Shown: positions 12,857 through 26,169 of the stretch, in pieces
How the letters are laid out: each line of letters starts with the position of its first letter
Position numbering within the stretch: position 1 is the first letter of the stretch
Assembly (NCBI GenBank): GCA_040954595.2
Contig: CM082576.2
Location: 7,505,129-7,569,128, forward strand
Source of the DNA: Balanoglossus misakiensis
Lineage: Eukaryota; Animalia; Hemichordata
Length of the DNA: 64,000 nt
Direction of reading: 5' to 3'
The notes under the pieces: model-generated
Told to the model about the DNA's origin: nothing
Databases searched by the model: none
Seen by the model: the letters and a program-made list of their open reading frames with translations, nothing else
Translations under genes and position numbers: made by a program

Positions 12857-14752
12857 ATGGAGCTGCCGATTGTTCTCAGAGTCATTTACCTTGTGTTATG
12901 TCTGGATAGCGTGGTAAGCCATTCACTTTTCATCCTCTGTTCAAGATTTTTTTTCAATATCTCTGTATACATCTGTAGTGCACATAAACTTTCGAAAGTG
13001 CTTTCATCGCCAGTTAAACTTTGTCTGTTACATTTTTTCAAGAAAACTTTTTCTAAATCCGTCCTTTTAAGACTCAAAACAACAAACAAACACTTCCTAC
13101 ACTAAATGTAAGATCTCTATTTTGCGTTGAATTACAACACAGGTGAAGGCACGCCAGATGCTGCCACTTGGAGAGTCTATTCTATATGAGAGCCTTGAAC
13201 TTGAAAGTGAGTAACTATATAACCCCATTTATAGTTAAAAGTCTTTGGGCAGTAACTCTTTGTATTCAATATTCATCGGCATTGCTCTCACTGTTCAAGG
13301 AGACCTAGTCAACCAACATATATCATAATTATCAAAGTAAATTGGAAATACGATGTAGTGATAACACGTAATGACGCAATGTTTACCATGGTGTAAAGTA
13401 TAGTACAAAGTAACAACCATATTGTTTTCAAAGATGTACACTAAATTACACTTTGTGCCTAACTAACAGATCAGGGGGTATACCTTTGCCCTTTTCTTAT
13501 TAGTGACATCTGTCCAGCTGCGCCATCGGTCCCAATGACGCATGTGCCCTAGGATAGGGACAACTGGTACCAATCTATGTGCTGAACAAGTACTCTGAAA
13601 ATCAGAGTCGTCTATAAAAAAGCTTACAGTTTCTTTTACTTTTGCATGTTTTTGTGTTTGTCTTTGATTCTGCTGTCTTCTAATGCTAAGTTTTGTTCGT
13701 CATTATTTTAAGCGTGTGACGGTGGTCATGGTGTGGCGTGCAACAGAATATCCTTTTATCCTGAGGAGATGGCGTGCTCCGAGAACTTGAAAACTCTTCC
13801 CGCCTGTTTGCCGCTGACGACATGCCTTCGTGCCGTGTGCAGCGACATCGATCCCACTTGCGACTGGAATGAAACGCTTTCAATCTCGTACGAATATCAT
13901 CGACCGGATTACTGCCTTTACGCAAATGCCGTGCAATACATTTTGGATCAAGGCGGTGAGAAAAATAACTTCATTGCATATATGAAATATCCACCTTTGT
14001 GCCGACACTATTTTACTGACAAGCATGCCAACAAGAAAACCCCGAAAAAAATATTCGGAGTGAAACTCCCCAAAATTCTTGCTATATAGTCCAGCATTGC
14101 AGATGTTCATTGTGTATTATGCAAATTACCTACCCCGAGTTTAACACCCCCTGCCATTAGAACAAGAGCAAACCTGCCCTGGCTGTGTGTACTCAAATGA
14201 GGTTTCCTCGTGTTACAGGTGTCCCAAACTGGGGAATACCGCTCAAGCCACTTCTACGGTTGCTTGTCGAACTCCAGGCCGAATTTGGAATACGCTGTAA
14301 GTATGGTCGATGGAATTTATAAACATGCAGTCACTTGTTTATCCATTTTTTATATTTTCTTTCTGCCATGCTAACTACACGCTATTAACTAAGAAATGGC
14401 GTATGGGAGAGATGTGTTTCTAGGTATTCTTGCACTGCTTTGTTAGATCTCGGATTTTGTGACTATGATGACGTAAAATACACTCAGCTACTTGGGCCTT
14501 AGCGGTAGAATCGTGGCTCTTCGGGGAAACAAGGGTCTATGTTAAAACAGAATTTACAAAAGTGTAGTAACAATCGTGCTTTTTTCATTTCAGTTTGTAA
14601 CGGCTATGGGATTAGGTGTGGCCAATATCCAGGCGGCTGTGTGGCTTTGGATCAAATATGTCCACACAATCGATATACATCTTGTTACTGCAATTTAGGA
14701 TACATTGTTCAAGGCATACACGAAACTATTCATGCTGGCGTAAACAAAAACC
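12857..14752 (+). CDS. Secreted cysteine-rich protein of unknown family (3' end uncertain)
   Basis: A TATATATA run lies at about 12768. Phase-consistent exons are 12857-12913 (signal peptide MELPIVLRVIYLVLCLDSV), 13143-13206, 13713-13955 (Cys-rich), 14219-14296 and 14594-14752 (CNGYGIRCGQYPGGCVALDQICPHNRYTSCYCNLGY). All donors are GTAAG/GTGAG. Further exons near 15.0-15.8 kb are unresolved. Confidence 0.65.
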
Positions 14753-16468
14753 GTAAGTAACTCGATAGATTTTTAATTCTCAACAACCAATACGTCGTCT
14801 GAATTTCTCATTCCGCAACCGTTTATTTATAGGTGTTAGGACACGTTCTACTTCCTGACATACTGAACAGAGCATACTATCTTTGGTCTTCAAAAAATAC
14901 AAAACCTTATTATATACATGGGAATAATCGGTGTAAAAGTTTCCGTTGAAATTCTCGTAATTTCACCTAATTTGCAATATCATACTCATTATTCATTTTT
15001 TCCAGATGATATTACAATAATCCGCCTCTCATCTAAATTACGAAACCATTTCACAAGCTTTAATAGATGGGGTGTCATGTATGCTTGTGTGTGAAAATTG
15101 AATACAGTGCCTTGCAATTTACTGAGGGGAATTCTGCTACATTTGACGGAAATCTTCAAAATGCCGTTTGTAGAATCAATAGAATAAAAACAACAATATC
15201 TCCTGAGTAAATCAGTCGAATATCAGATGACGATCAACGTGTGTCGCTTCATACAAAGCGTTTGAACCATTCAAATTGCTAACAGTATATGTGTACAATT
15301 ATCTAGGTATAAGTAGGACCATGGTGAAGCTGACCATGTCGCATATTTTCCCTCAATTAAATGTAATGCTTTACCCACATGGCCTGCAAATACTTGTACT
15401 CAACATTTCACATTGCTATGTTTGACACTATACGGAGTTGCATGCAATTTTATTTGATATTTTCCTTTTTCGTTTAACAAAGTTATCAACAGGATTTTGG
15501 ACTTAATCGACAGTCTACTGATTACAGCTACAAGGTACATTATGTTTTATACAACAAGATGTTTTCTAATGACGATTCGTCCATTGACTGTCAGATTTTC
15601 CAAACGAATAAAAATATAGAATGATTTTCTTTCCAGTTCAATAAAATTCAGCGCGTACAAAAAAGTTACATTCCTTTTTTGACTTTGTTCGAACAACTTC
15701 GAAAATCATTGCGAGTTTATCCGTGTTTCCTTTTTTGCAGAGCTAAAAAGACAACACAGCTGAATTGGGTATTTAGTCGACTTGTCCGAAGATAAAACTT
15801 CACAAGCCAATTGCAACAAAGCCGTGGACGGATGACGTGTGACAAAATGAGCTCAGTCGAGAATTTGGACCTGTCGTCAAGATTAACACATCGAACGTAA
15901 TTAGTCGTCCTTTGACGTGATCTGTTTCCGCTGGTCGGTTTTTTTGAGTATTTGTGATAAGTATTAACTGTGCTAAAATATCAACAGTTTAATGTGAACT
16001 GTCATTAGTATGTCTAAAGACTGATAGATCGATAGTTGCATCTTTTTTTAAAGAAAATATCATTATTCATCATAATACTTAGGTGGGAAAGTGATTATGG
16101 AATTCAAATTGTCTTGCATTATCTTTTGGATTGAACGCGCGCGGTACCCATGCAGAAGACGTTCTGAGATGTTGGTGATGAGGCGTACGATACCTGGGGA
16201 AAACATCGCCCTGAAACGCCTATTCCGTTGACGCTGGATGAAATGTTTCACTTCTCGAAATCGGGGCTACTATGAAGGATGTGGGATGACACACAAGGCA
16301 TCGTTTGGACAACTCACTTCGTCTTTGAAATCCGCTCCGCTTTCTATAAAATAAGTGTCACTGACATCGGCTCGTACAAATCCAAATTTCTCCATACATA
16401 CATACATACAACGTGTCCAGGAGACCCGTTGTTCCTTTATTAAAAGAGTTATAAATATGTGTAACAGT

Positions 16469-17211
16469 TGTTACGTAGGAGAAGTTTGCTGTTGTTTTGT
16501 GACCATGTGTGTTTTCGCTTACTTTCGTAATTTGAATATTTGCGTGACCAGGTGTGGTGCATTCATTATTTTCCCCATATAAAAAGCCCGCACGTCGTGT
16601 TGCGGCGTAGCTACTAATTTGGACTTGCCCGTGTGAGCTGTTCTGTTCCTCGCCGGCTTGGAAGCTGTGCCTTATTTCCTGATACCCTGGTCTGGAAACC
16701 GCGCCCAGAAGCTGTGTTGTATTTCATGCTGTCCTGGTCTGGAAACCGCGCCCAGAAGCCGTGTTGTTTCATGATGTCCTGGTCTGGAAACCGCGCCCAG
16801 AAGTCGTGCTACCTCATGGGGAATTCGTCCGAAAGCCGTGCCGTCTACCGGGGAATTGTGCCAGAACGCTACTCGGACTGAACGTCGCTGTTGGGATTGC
16901 CGTGATGCTGGTCGCGTTCGTCGTGCACTACGGAAGCTTGGACTTTAGTTTTTCATTTCCCACACCTGGTCACATTTAAGGTAGTCATTTATTTTACTGT
17001 GTTTTTTCCTCAGTGTACAGTCATTTTATATTTACCAATGTTTAGTTGTAGTAATTAAAAGTTTCTATAAGCAAGGAAATAACGTGTGGTGTGCCTATTG
17101 TTGACCGTCTTTGTTGCGTGCTGCGCTGGTTGGTTCACCAAAGCGAGCCATTCAGTAAGTCTATTTGCTCACTGCCCTGTTTCGGAACTGAACGGCCAGC
17201 GTGTCGTAACA
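16469..17211 (+). mobile_element. Solo LTR (743 bp), probably Ty3/Gypsy-type
   Basis: The termini TGTTACG and CGTAACA form a 7-bp inverted repeat with TG..CA ends. A 4-bp direct repeat CAGT flanks it (16465-16468 and 17212-17215). It contains an internal TATAAAA at about 16578 and ATTAAA at about 17054. Confidence 0.85.
16686..16803 (+). repeat. Three-copy 45-47-bp tandem repeat inside the solo LTR
   Basis: The 26-bp core CCTGGTCTGGAAACCGCGCCCAGAAG occurs at 16686, 16733 and 16778. Confidence 0.92.
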
Positions 17212-17765
17212 CAGTGCAAAATCATAATTTATTAACCGTTTATGTGAAATGATCCCGAACTACATAGTTAAATACAGTTTAAATATCTTATGAAAATGAA
17301 AACGGAAAAGTACATTTGTACTCTTGTCACTCAGATTTTTTTCTTTAAAATTATATAAATGTTCATGAGATGTCTCAGTGATAAATATTGTTTTCGAAGG
17401 TCTATTGTAGGACACGAATGTATGAAAACGATTTACGATCATCTAATATTATTTTTTCGAGCAGATGAGAAAATAAGTCTACAGTTTACTTATAAATACT
17501 AGTAACCTTGCATGTTTTCTTTCTATCTCATAGAATGATTCATCTTTAATTTATTATGCCATTTTTCCCCTATACTGTAAATAGTATATTTGTGGTTGAT
17601 TCCACGATCATTAGTTCAAAGATCAGTCTTTCTACTGGCTAAACTCAGAGGTGTACTAATTTTTCATTGGGTGGACTGAAAAGGCTGCGTGCAACACATG
17701 CATATACATATCAATTACACAGCGCCTACGTATACAACGGTTCATATTAGGCACAGCCAGCAGAT

Positions 17766-20700
17766 CTAGCACCATCCCGATGTCCACACCCCTCCGAATC
17801 GCTCAGGGTCGGACGCGTCGGGGTCTAGATCCGGTCTTATCGCTGGAACTAGCTTCTTCTTCAGTTCCTGCAGTCTCGCATTCAGTTGCTTCACTTTGTC
17901 TGGCATTTCCGTGGCTAGATTATGATGTTCAGTGGGGTCGTCTGTGAAGACAAAAAATATCTTAAACAGAGTTGGTCTATGTTATGGACTGGCGTGTGTT
18001 TATGTGTGTCTGTCTGTAGGCTATGATTTATCGGACAGTCACAATGTGCATGATACATGTAATATACAGAGTAATAACCCAAACCTCTTATGTTAAACAG
18101 ATACGTCGCGTTCCACGGAGCCGGTCGAACTCCCGCCTTCTCTCCATGTTCATCCAAGGAGAAAATTTCTTCCCATGCACCGTCCGCTTTCGGAACGGGA
18201 ATCCAACCGTCTGTAGTATAAAAGAAATGCGCTGTTAATGAAAACGCCGGAAACAATGCCTCAAAATTTTGAGATTACATAAAAAGGGCTTGGTTACCTT
18301 ACCTGGATTACCGGCCTTGCCCACGATCAGCTTAAAGTCGCCAACCCTGTCATGAAACGCATAATAAAAGAAGCATAAGTTTGGTTGAATTCGTAGAGCT
18401 ATAGAGAAATATGATCCCAGTTCCTTGGGGTGTGAAATTATATTAGTCTATCTCCAACAGCAGCAAAATCTTCTGAATATGCAATGATCATTCACTGGTA
18501 TTTCATAAACATTTTGTAGTTTTGTTTTTGTTCGTCACTCGTCTGTCATGACAGAGAAGATCGGATCATCACCTTATAGCCGCACCCGGAGGGTCTACTT
18601 CGACGATGTTGTAGACAAACTCCTTTCTTGGTGAAGGACTGCCTCTTGAGAGAGTTTCCCAGACACTCATTCCATCCATGTCAGGGTCTACACGTTTAGA
18701 AAAAATTTAAAGTTTTGATTTTTTGTTTGGGGCTTTGGTAATGAAGAAATCTGATAATACTTTATAATGTTCCTTCCTTACTTGGTTTTCCGCCAGCAAG
18801 TTCCAGCAACGTTGGGTACCAGTCGACCGCGTGCATCATTCTGCGAAATGAAGATTGATAAAAACCGGGCAAACAACCACATGTTTACGAATTTCGCTTC
18901 ATTTCGAGACGAAAAGTTTTTTTTTTTTAAATGCCAACAAGTAAGATTTTGTCCAAAGGTCTATAAGGCGTACAACCGGATGGGTAACACTGGCAGCTGA
19001 TATACGACGACTAACATATAGTTCAACTTACTCTTCATTGACATAGGCAGTCTTTTGAAGGAGATTTCCACGGACGAAAGCCACACCACGTGTTCCACCT
19101 TCCCATAATGTTGTCTTTGAGCCTCTCAGGGGCCAGTTATTTCCGGCCACATCTTCTTCGGCTGGACCTCCGTTCTGTGTACACATAATATATTTGAACG
19201 CATTATGTAGTTAGCCAGTGTTCTGGTTGTTTTGGGGACGTACACAGACAATGTAATAAAGTGAGTTAAATTTTATGTTTTCGCTGACAGTGTGCACATA
19301 ATGCCTTAACTTGTATAAAATGAACTGGTCAGTTGCGAGAATTTACATGAAGTGAGAAAATGTACATGTATATACTAGCAATACTCACATCAGTTGTAAA
19401 TACAAACAGCGTATTATTCCATAGTCCGTGTTTCTGAAGATTTGTAACCACGTGTTTGACTGCGTCATCCATGGCTGTTATCATTCCTATTGGATGAAGT
19501 GAGAGGTTTTTTTCTTAATGCGCGGTCGTGTGTAGTGCGGAAGCACAGTCCCTCCACACTGTGGCTAAGTGATATATTCTGGGGTGTTTCCTTGAGTCGA
19601 TTCTATCTCCCCATATAAAATGTCTGTATGGTCGTCCCTCCCCCCTCTCTCTCTCCCTCCCTTCTCCTCCTTTCCATATCTCAGTCTATCTGTCTGTCTG
19701 TTCATGTATCCGTCTTAGTAAGTGAATTGAGTCGACGCGTTTCGTTCTCTGTAGACATCTTTAACATTCCGACACTTGCCTGATTTTATTCGCCTGTTTG
19801 TATCCGGTACGTTCGGATACATGTCCAAATACTTCTCTGGCACCTGTTTGGAACGATCACAAAACGGTCTGTAACACTTCTCATGATGCGTATTACAATG
19901 TAATTGTAATGAACATATAAACTTCCGAGAGATTGATTAATAAACCGATGAGGCATACCTGTACAGGACCGTGCACACTTTGAAATGAAAGATACATGTA
20001 CATCGGCTTATCTTTGTTGTGTTTTGCGATGTACTCTTCCGCTTTCTCTGTAAACACATACTGAAACAACACAAGAGGAAATGAAGTAATGAGTAAAATG
20101 AACGAAAACGTCCATTAAAAAATCATTCTACTTTATACCAAATTCACGGTGCCCTTTCAAAGATCATCATCTAAAAATAGTCCACATTTTTCTTTTAAAC
20201 GTTAACAACCAGAGAGTATGAAGTTTTTGTTGTTTCGTTGTTCGAAAAAAAAGTTTGCCTGGGACTGCAATTTTTTATAGCAGAGTGCATCAGAAAAGTG
20301 CATCAGAGGAGAGCGACTTACACTGGAGTAAGTGCCGTTTCTCGTCCAATCAGGGACTTTGTCTTCTCTTAGGTCCAGATATCCCTCTGAAAATGGCGAT
20401 ATTAGATTCATATTCCTGATTCCATTTTATTCTTCATCAGTTAAAAAAAGTTATCATCATTACTTCAGATTATTTATATCTGTTATCAAGTCACATGATT
20501 AATTTACATATTTTTTTTTCACATGAATCCTAAACGACAAATTCGGATCATCAATATAATGTACATTGCCGGGCACGGTCAACACAGGAAATTAAGACAT
20601 ACCGCATTCATGTGTGAAATAATCTTCAAGTCCATTGTAGTAACCGTAATAGTGGTCGAAGCCGCGTGCGTTCGGTGTGTAATCCCATTTGCAGAAGCCT

Positions 20701-22036
20701 AAATGCCACCTGTAATGGGTTGAAAATATTATGAGCTATCTTATAATAATTTTAAAATTGCGAAATTTTATGAATCTGTCAAATTACTAAATACGCCAGT
20801 GCAAAAGGGACAATTCACAAAAAATGAAAAAATGTACTAACTTTCCAATCATGTACGTTGTATAACCCTGCTCTCTCAGCTGATGCGGCAGAAGTGTGAA
20901 CTTGAGGGGAAGTCCCGCCGGTTCCTTTGCTGTCAAGACTTTATACTGGAAGTGGAAGAAATCGCATTGAAATATTTCCAGGAAACACACAAGAATCAAG
21001 TTGAATGTAGAATTTATATTAGAAAATGGTTTTATACAGGCAAAGGAGAAATGACACGATAACAAAGACACTCACTTGCAAACCGACTCGGTGCGGGTAG
21101 TATCCGCTCATAAACGCCGTCCTGGTTCTGAAATCAGCATGAAACGGGCATAAATGTTTTACATCCTGCATCACGTTGTCAATATTACATTATTTATGCT
21201 TTAAAATTTTGAAATATCTACAAAGACTCACGGCGTGCACATTGGAAGAACGTAGGATTGGCTGAGAATGACGCCCTCTTTGGCCAGTCCATCCAGAGTG
21301 GGAGTGATGATGTCATCGTTGTTGTAACCGATGTCATTCCAACCTGAAAAAAAGAATTACCTCAACGTCAATTAGGGTTTGGAACTGTGCGCAAATGCAG
21401 CAGTTCCTGACTGCAGAATGATTCCACCAGCTAATGTTTGGGACTGCTGTTTTGATATTGTATAATGTCAACAGCTGACTCCAACTAAAAATAAAATCAT
21501 AAAGTCTATATTGCGCAATTTACATTTCGGATTTTCTTTTTCAAGGCTTCGCTTGTTTTACAGTACCAGAAATATACTAGAGAACATTGCGTTAGTTGAA
21601 AATACACAAGATTTTATCAACGCCCTGAATTGCAGGTGTTACGCGATGCGTCATTAGTGTTTCACCTTTTAAAGAATATTTTTGATTATCTTCATGCAGC
21701 TAGTCTCTGAAGCAGCCTTCTATGCGCCTGACAAACATAAAGAAGCTGCCAACGTAAGTAACAGACTTTGCAAATTAAAATGTTTTTACCTAATTTGATA
21801 ACCAAAGATGACATGTTGCCAGAATGGTGTTCGACACGGTTTATGGCAAATGCTGCAAACATTTCACTCCGCTAACCAAGGTCAATCTGTCTACCTCATA
21901 GGGTCCAGGGGCTACAGGTATACTTACCCAAATCGTCGGCAACGACGAACACGATGTTTGGTTTCTCGACTTGACGTTCGGTGACATGCTGGCCGAATGT
22001 GAACTGAACAACCGCTAAAAAGACACACAGCTTCAT
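17766..22036 (-). CDS. ARSB: Arylsulfatase B-like sulfatase (15 coding exons)
   Basis: Exons (- strand): 22036-21928, 21343-21232, 21127-21076, 20945-20842, 20709-20603, 20386-20322, 20060-19959, 19843-19780, 19486-19389, 19174-19032, 18840-18782, 18687-18573, 18346-18303, 18210-18085, 17941-17766. Motifs: signal peptide, PNIVFVVADDLGWND, catalytic CTPTR (CxPxR formylglycine site), GKWHLGFC, TDNGG, NWPLRGSKTTLWEGG and C-terminal GVWTSGWC*. Exact orthology among ARSB/ARSI/ARSJ is not established. Confidence 0.93.
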
Positions 22037-22298
22037 TGTGTCACTGCTCGCAATAACCAGCAGACGAAACTTTATAACTAACTGGCCTGACGACAGAAAG
22101 TGTCTAATTAACGCGAGGTGTGTCGCAGTTACGGCCGTGAATAAACCCTCAATGACTCATTACACTGTGATTTCAATAGAAATTTTATTTTAAAAATTTT
22201 ACCAGCTGTTACTGCGCGCGTGATTTGATGCCCAGGGTAAACAAAAGCGTGTTGTGTGGTTTGATATAATAGCAATTGTTTATATTAAATCTTGCTCG

Positions 22299-23140
22299 AT
22301 GTTTGTTGCGGTATACCCCGATGACTGCGAACACAGAAAAGAAGGTAAATACTGATCAACTATGTGTGGCAAAGAATGAACTTGAAATTTCACTGAGCAC
22401 AGTAACCATCCTGATAGGCTTCCCCCAATCAGAAGTACCAGTATATTTTCATGAAAATATCCTGTATCTTAAATTAAAAAGTGAGCATTTTGCATAACTT
22501 CAGAAAAAAGGTTATATTTACAGGGAATTGACGATATGTATGACGATATTGCAAACAGCTATATAAAAGTTATATTATTAAAGTGGATTTTGTTAGGTAA
22601 GGATTACAATATACCGTATTTATACCATTTTTTTATGATTTCCTTTGATTTTGGTTTCTATCAACAGTGCTGCCAGATGCTGTTGTTGTTCGTAAGTATT
22701 ATTTTCACAATCACCAAGATCAACCCAAATCGAGATTTTCGTTGCTCTTTTCTGAATTTACATATTCAATTTGTATTTGACACTCAAAACATTCCAAAAC
22801 CATCTCATGTGTTTTTCTACCCTGTCACGTCCATAACAACACAGGCAAAGAAGTAGCTCAGGCAGTCGATATCGTCCGAGATAAGTTGAACCCAGAAAGA
22901 TGGAAATCCCTTGCTCCGCACCTTGGCATTCCGGACCACGCGGCGCGAGCGATCGATCTGGAGATCCCTGACCTGGACGGGAAACTCTGGCAGATGCTCG
23001 AACGATGGAAAGACAGGTTTCAGGTGGGAAAGGACGTCATCAAAGTACAACTGAGTAAGCTGGTCAAGGCACTGCAGGTGATCGGAGAGTCAGAACTTGC
23101 CGGCGAAGTCTCAAGGGTCAGTGTCGACAACACCGAGTGA
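22299..23140 (+). CDS. Small death-domain-only protein (~113 aa, 2 exons)
   Basis: Exon 22845-23140 encodes KEVAQAVDIVRDKLNPERWKSLAPHLGIPDHAARAIDLEIPDLDGKLWQMLERWKDRF...LSKLVKALQVIGESELAGEV, a death-domain pattern (WK.LA..LG, ML..W, L..AL..IG..ELA). A phase-compatible first exon is 22299-22344 (MFVAVYPDDCEHRKE, donor GTAAAT); this exon is less certain. Confidence 0.75.
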
Positions 23141-23494
23141 CTTTAACTCTCACGGGGGTGCGGAACACACCAGATCACTGATTTTGAAGTCATTTTACCA
23201 ATAGAGGGCGCCGTCTTTCTCGATTGGCCGAAGTTGACGAAGCAAACTAACTGGAATAACTGGAGCTTATGGTCTTTTCACTTACAGTGATACTAAAAAA
23301 CAAATAATTGTCATGAAGAAACAATGTATTCCGAGAAAATAACACACAAAAGAAAACAAAACATGATTTTTCTTTCTAATCTATGATACACTTATTTTAT
23401 TCGTCTCGATGAAAGAGTATGATTACGACAAATATGCACCTATAGTCTATAGGTAAAATTCCATTTCCCTGAGAGAGTGCCACCGCGGGGCAAG

Positions 23495-23581
<87 letters not shown>

Positions 23582-23604
23582 GGATAGATGGATAGATAGA
23601 TAGA
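23495..23604. repeat. (GACA)n(GATA)n microsatellite
   Basis: Directly visible tandem gaca/gata arrays. Confidence 0.97.
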
Positions 23605-26169
23605 TGGTGTTCTTGAGTACGAGTAGGTGAAAGGTTATTTTTATACAATGGCTTAAGGGGTCAAATTGAATCCAAGAGAACGAACTGGTTGAGCAACAGC
23701 TGAGCAACAAGTCGTTGTCACTGATGCGTGTGATGGGAAGACGGTGCTAAAAGATCTCGAAGTAGCACATTTTGATAGCATTTTGAAGTTTCGACGACGA
23801 ATGTACTTGAATGTTGTAATTAATTCAGGTAAGTTTAAGTGAACACTTTTGTAGGGGTGAATTCATCTTTCTGAAACATGTGAAAGCTGTAGACTTTCAA
23901 TATGCAGTGGCGACCTTGGCAAAGGTCAAACACTCAACTTTCACTGAAAAAACAACATATTGTTCTGAAATACCTAGACCAAAAAAATAGAACACCATGT
24001 TATGTGTATTTCGTGCAAGTTTCCTCTCGGTAACGTCTTTCGATGTCGGTGTTTATTGCAACCTATAACGTTTATGGGCCTTGGTCATGTTGGTGCAGGC
24101 AAAGTTCAACTTCCAGTTTGTGAAAGGGTTGAAAAACACACAAATAATTGAATTTTCTAAAGTCGAAATTGAACTGACGTACCACGTGCCAGTGGACTTT
24201 AGGTATCCTACATAACCTCCGGTTTACGTTCGTGGATGTAATATTACGCAATTCTGTTTACTTTACATCTAAATGCAAGGACTCTGCAAATGATCTGATA
24301 CGGATATAAGTTGTCATACGACAACACGTCAATAGATTTCTGTATCATTTTTTCGTTCGCAACGTATGGTCGAAGTCGAACAACCTGGCCTACCCTTCAG
24401 CTAGATATAAGAATAAAGAACCAGCAAACCGCGTTAAGATACTCAAAGTTGGCCAAAGCTTTCATCCGATTGTATATACCTGTCTCTAATCCCAATCCCT
24501 CACATGTCAAAACATTTCATGATTTTATCGAATTATCAAATGTGGAGCAAGTATTTATACTGAAGTGACCTGTTAGCAACTTTTGACAGATTTACGTATT
24601 TTCTTACATATTAAGCTAGCATTCGGGTTTATTATGGTAGTGTTCTGTGTTAATCGGTTTAACATTTATTTTTGAAAGGTAATGTTAAGTCACAGCTGTT
24701 GTCCTGGTGTATATCTGTATGACCATCAGTATTTTTTAAGCTTTTGTGAATTTATGATGTTTTTATGACAAATATAAAGCTGAGTATGCAACATGGATGC
24801 AAATATATTTTGTAGCACCTGCACGAAAGCTCTGATAAGAAAGGCAGTAAATTCAATGGCTGGCAAACACTTTTAGGGATGTTGGTCAACATTTTTCCTA
24901 ATAACAAATTTGCAGCCAAGAAGTGTGAAAGCACAACAATTACACACTGGATATTGGGACTTGGGAAGACTCGCTTTCTGTCTTTCAAAAGATGCAGACT
25001 TTTTGGACATGATGTGATTAAAAAATAACAGTTGGTTGATATGACTAAACACTGTTTGCAATGGCGATTTTATTACTGTGCTTATCAGTGCTTTGGCTGT
25101 GGTGCTATAAAAAGAGTGTATAAATGTGGCCTGGTATGTGGTAAGGTCAGCAGCATTTTCATGAATTATTACATTCGTAAGTGTGCAGAACACTAAATTT
25201 CTACAATGCTGTGAGCAATAATCATGATTAAACATTTAGAAATTATGGAAATTGCAAGTTTCTGGCATTGTATCAAAATAGCCATATACGATATGCAGTT
25301 GCTTAGCAACAATATGCTATGGGCTCAAGTGACCCTGAAGGCCGATAAAGCTGATTATTTACTGGTATATTGTTAATCGACAAATTGATTCATTTTATAA
25401 AATTCGACTTAAGTCATGTTTGCAGCCTTGATTTGGTTTGATTTCCAGGAATTTCTGTTATATTCTCTGATTTAATGTGACTTCTGGCCAACATTGGTAA
25501 ATGCTGCATACATCAAACCAAGCAGTGTGAACAAGTTTGGCAAAAAGATTATTATCAAAATTGCACATATCTGCAATACAATTTTTGTTTGTATAATAAA
25601 ATTTATGATAAAACTGAACTTGTTTATCCTGCTGTTTATATTGTTATACTTTTTTAGGACGGGTAGAGTTTCAAATCTGATTAAAGTTTGATAAATGGAG
25701 TAGCGTGTTTGGGTCTGTTTGCGTTTTGTTATGAACTACGAACGGCCTGAAGTATTTCTTCCATCTTTTATGTTCCTGCCGGCACACTACGTCACTTAAT
25801 TTGCAGCAAGTTAAGATTAAGTTGCAGTGAAGGCAAAGGAGCAAATCTAATTGCAACAAACTTTAATCAGACTGGCAAGTTTCAATTCAATTCAGTTATG
25901 TGAAATATTGGGTCGGCTTTACATGATGATTTATGTACTGATTATCAACTCATTTTTACACGAACAGCCAATTATCTGAACTGCTTGGGCGACCTTTTCT
26001 TGTTTGGATAGACTGATTGCCCAGATGATTGATCACAACTCAAATACACATGTAAAGTTGCATTGCAGTTGATTTTGGCCGAATTTTACACACAGAGACA
26101 ATTTTTTGGTCTTATACTGGCACTTATTACTGGTGTAGTAATTTTTATCTTGTTTTATTCAGGATCAAC

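Noticed and set aside
16063-16340. Short - strand ORF next to the LTR, possibly a retroelement or gene remnant
   Set aside because: In-frame stops lie just upstream, and I recognise no RT, integrase or transposase motif.
16686-16803. CRISPR-like pattern of 26-bp identical repeats with 19-21-bp spacers
   Set aside because: The spacers resemble each other, there are only three units, no cas genes are present, the context is eukaryotic, and the repeat lies within a solo LTR. It is a simple tandem repeat.
23397-23710. Hydrophobic SIYL-repeat ORFs on the - strand
   Set aside because: They are translations of the GATA/GACA microsatellite.
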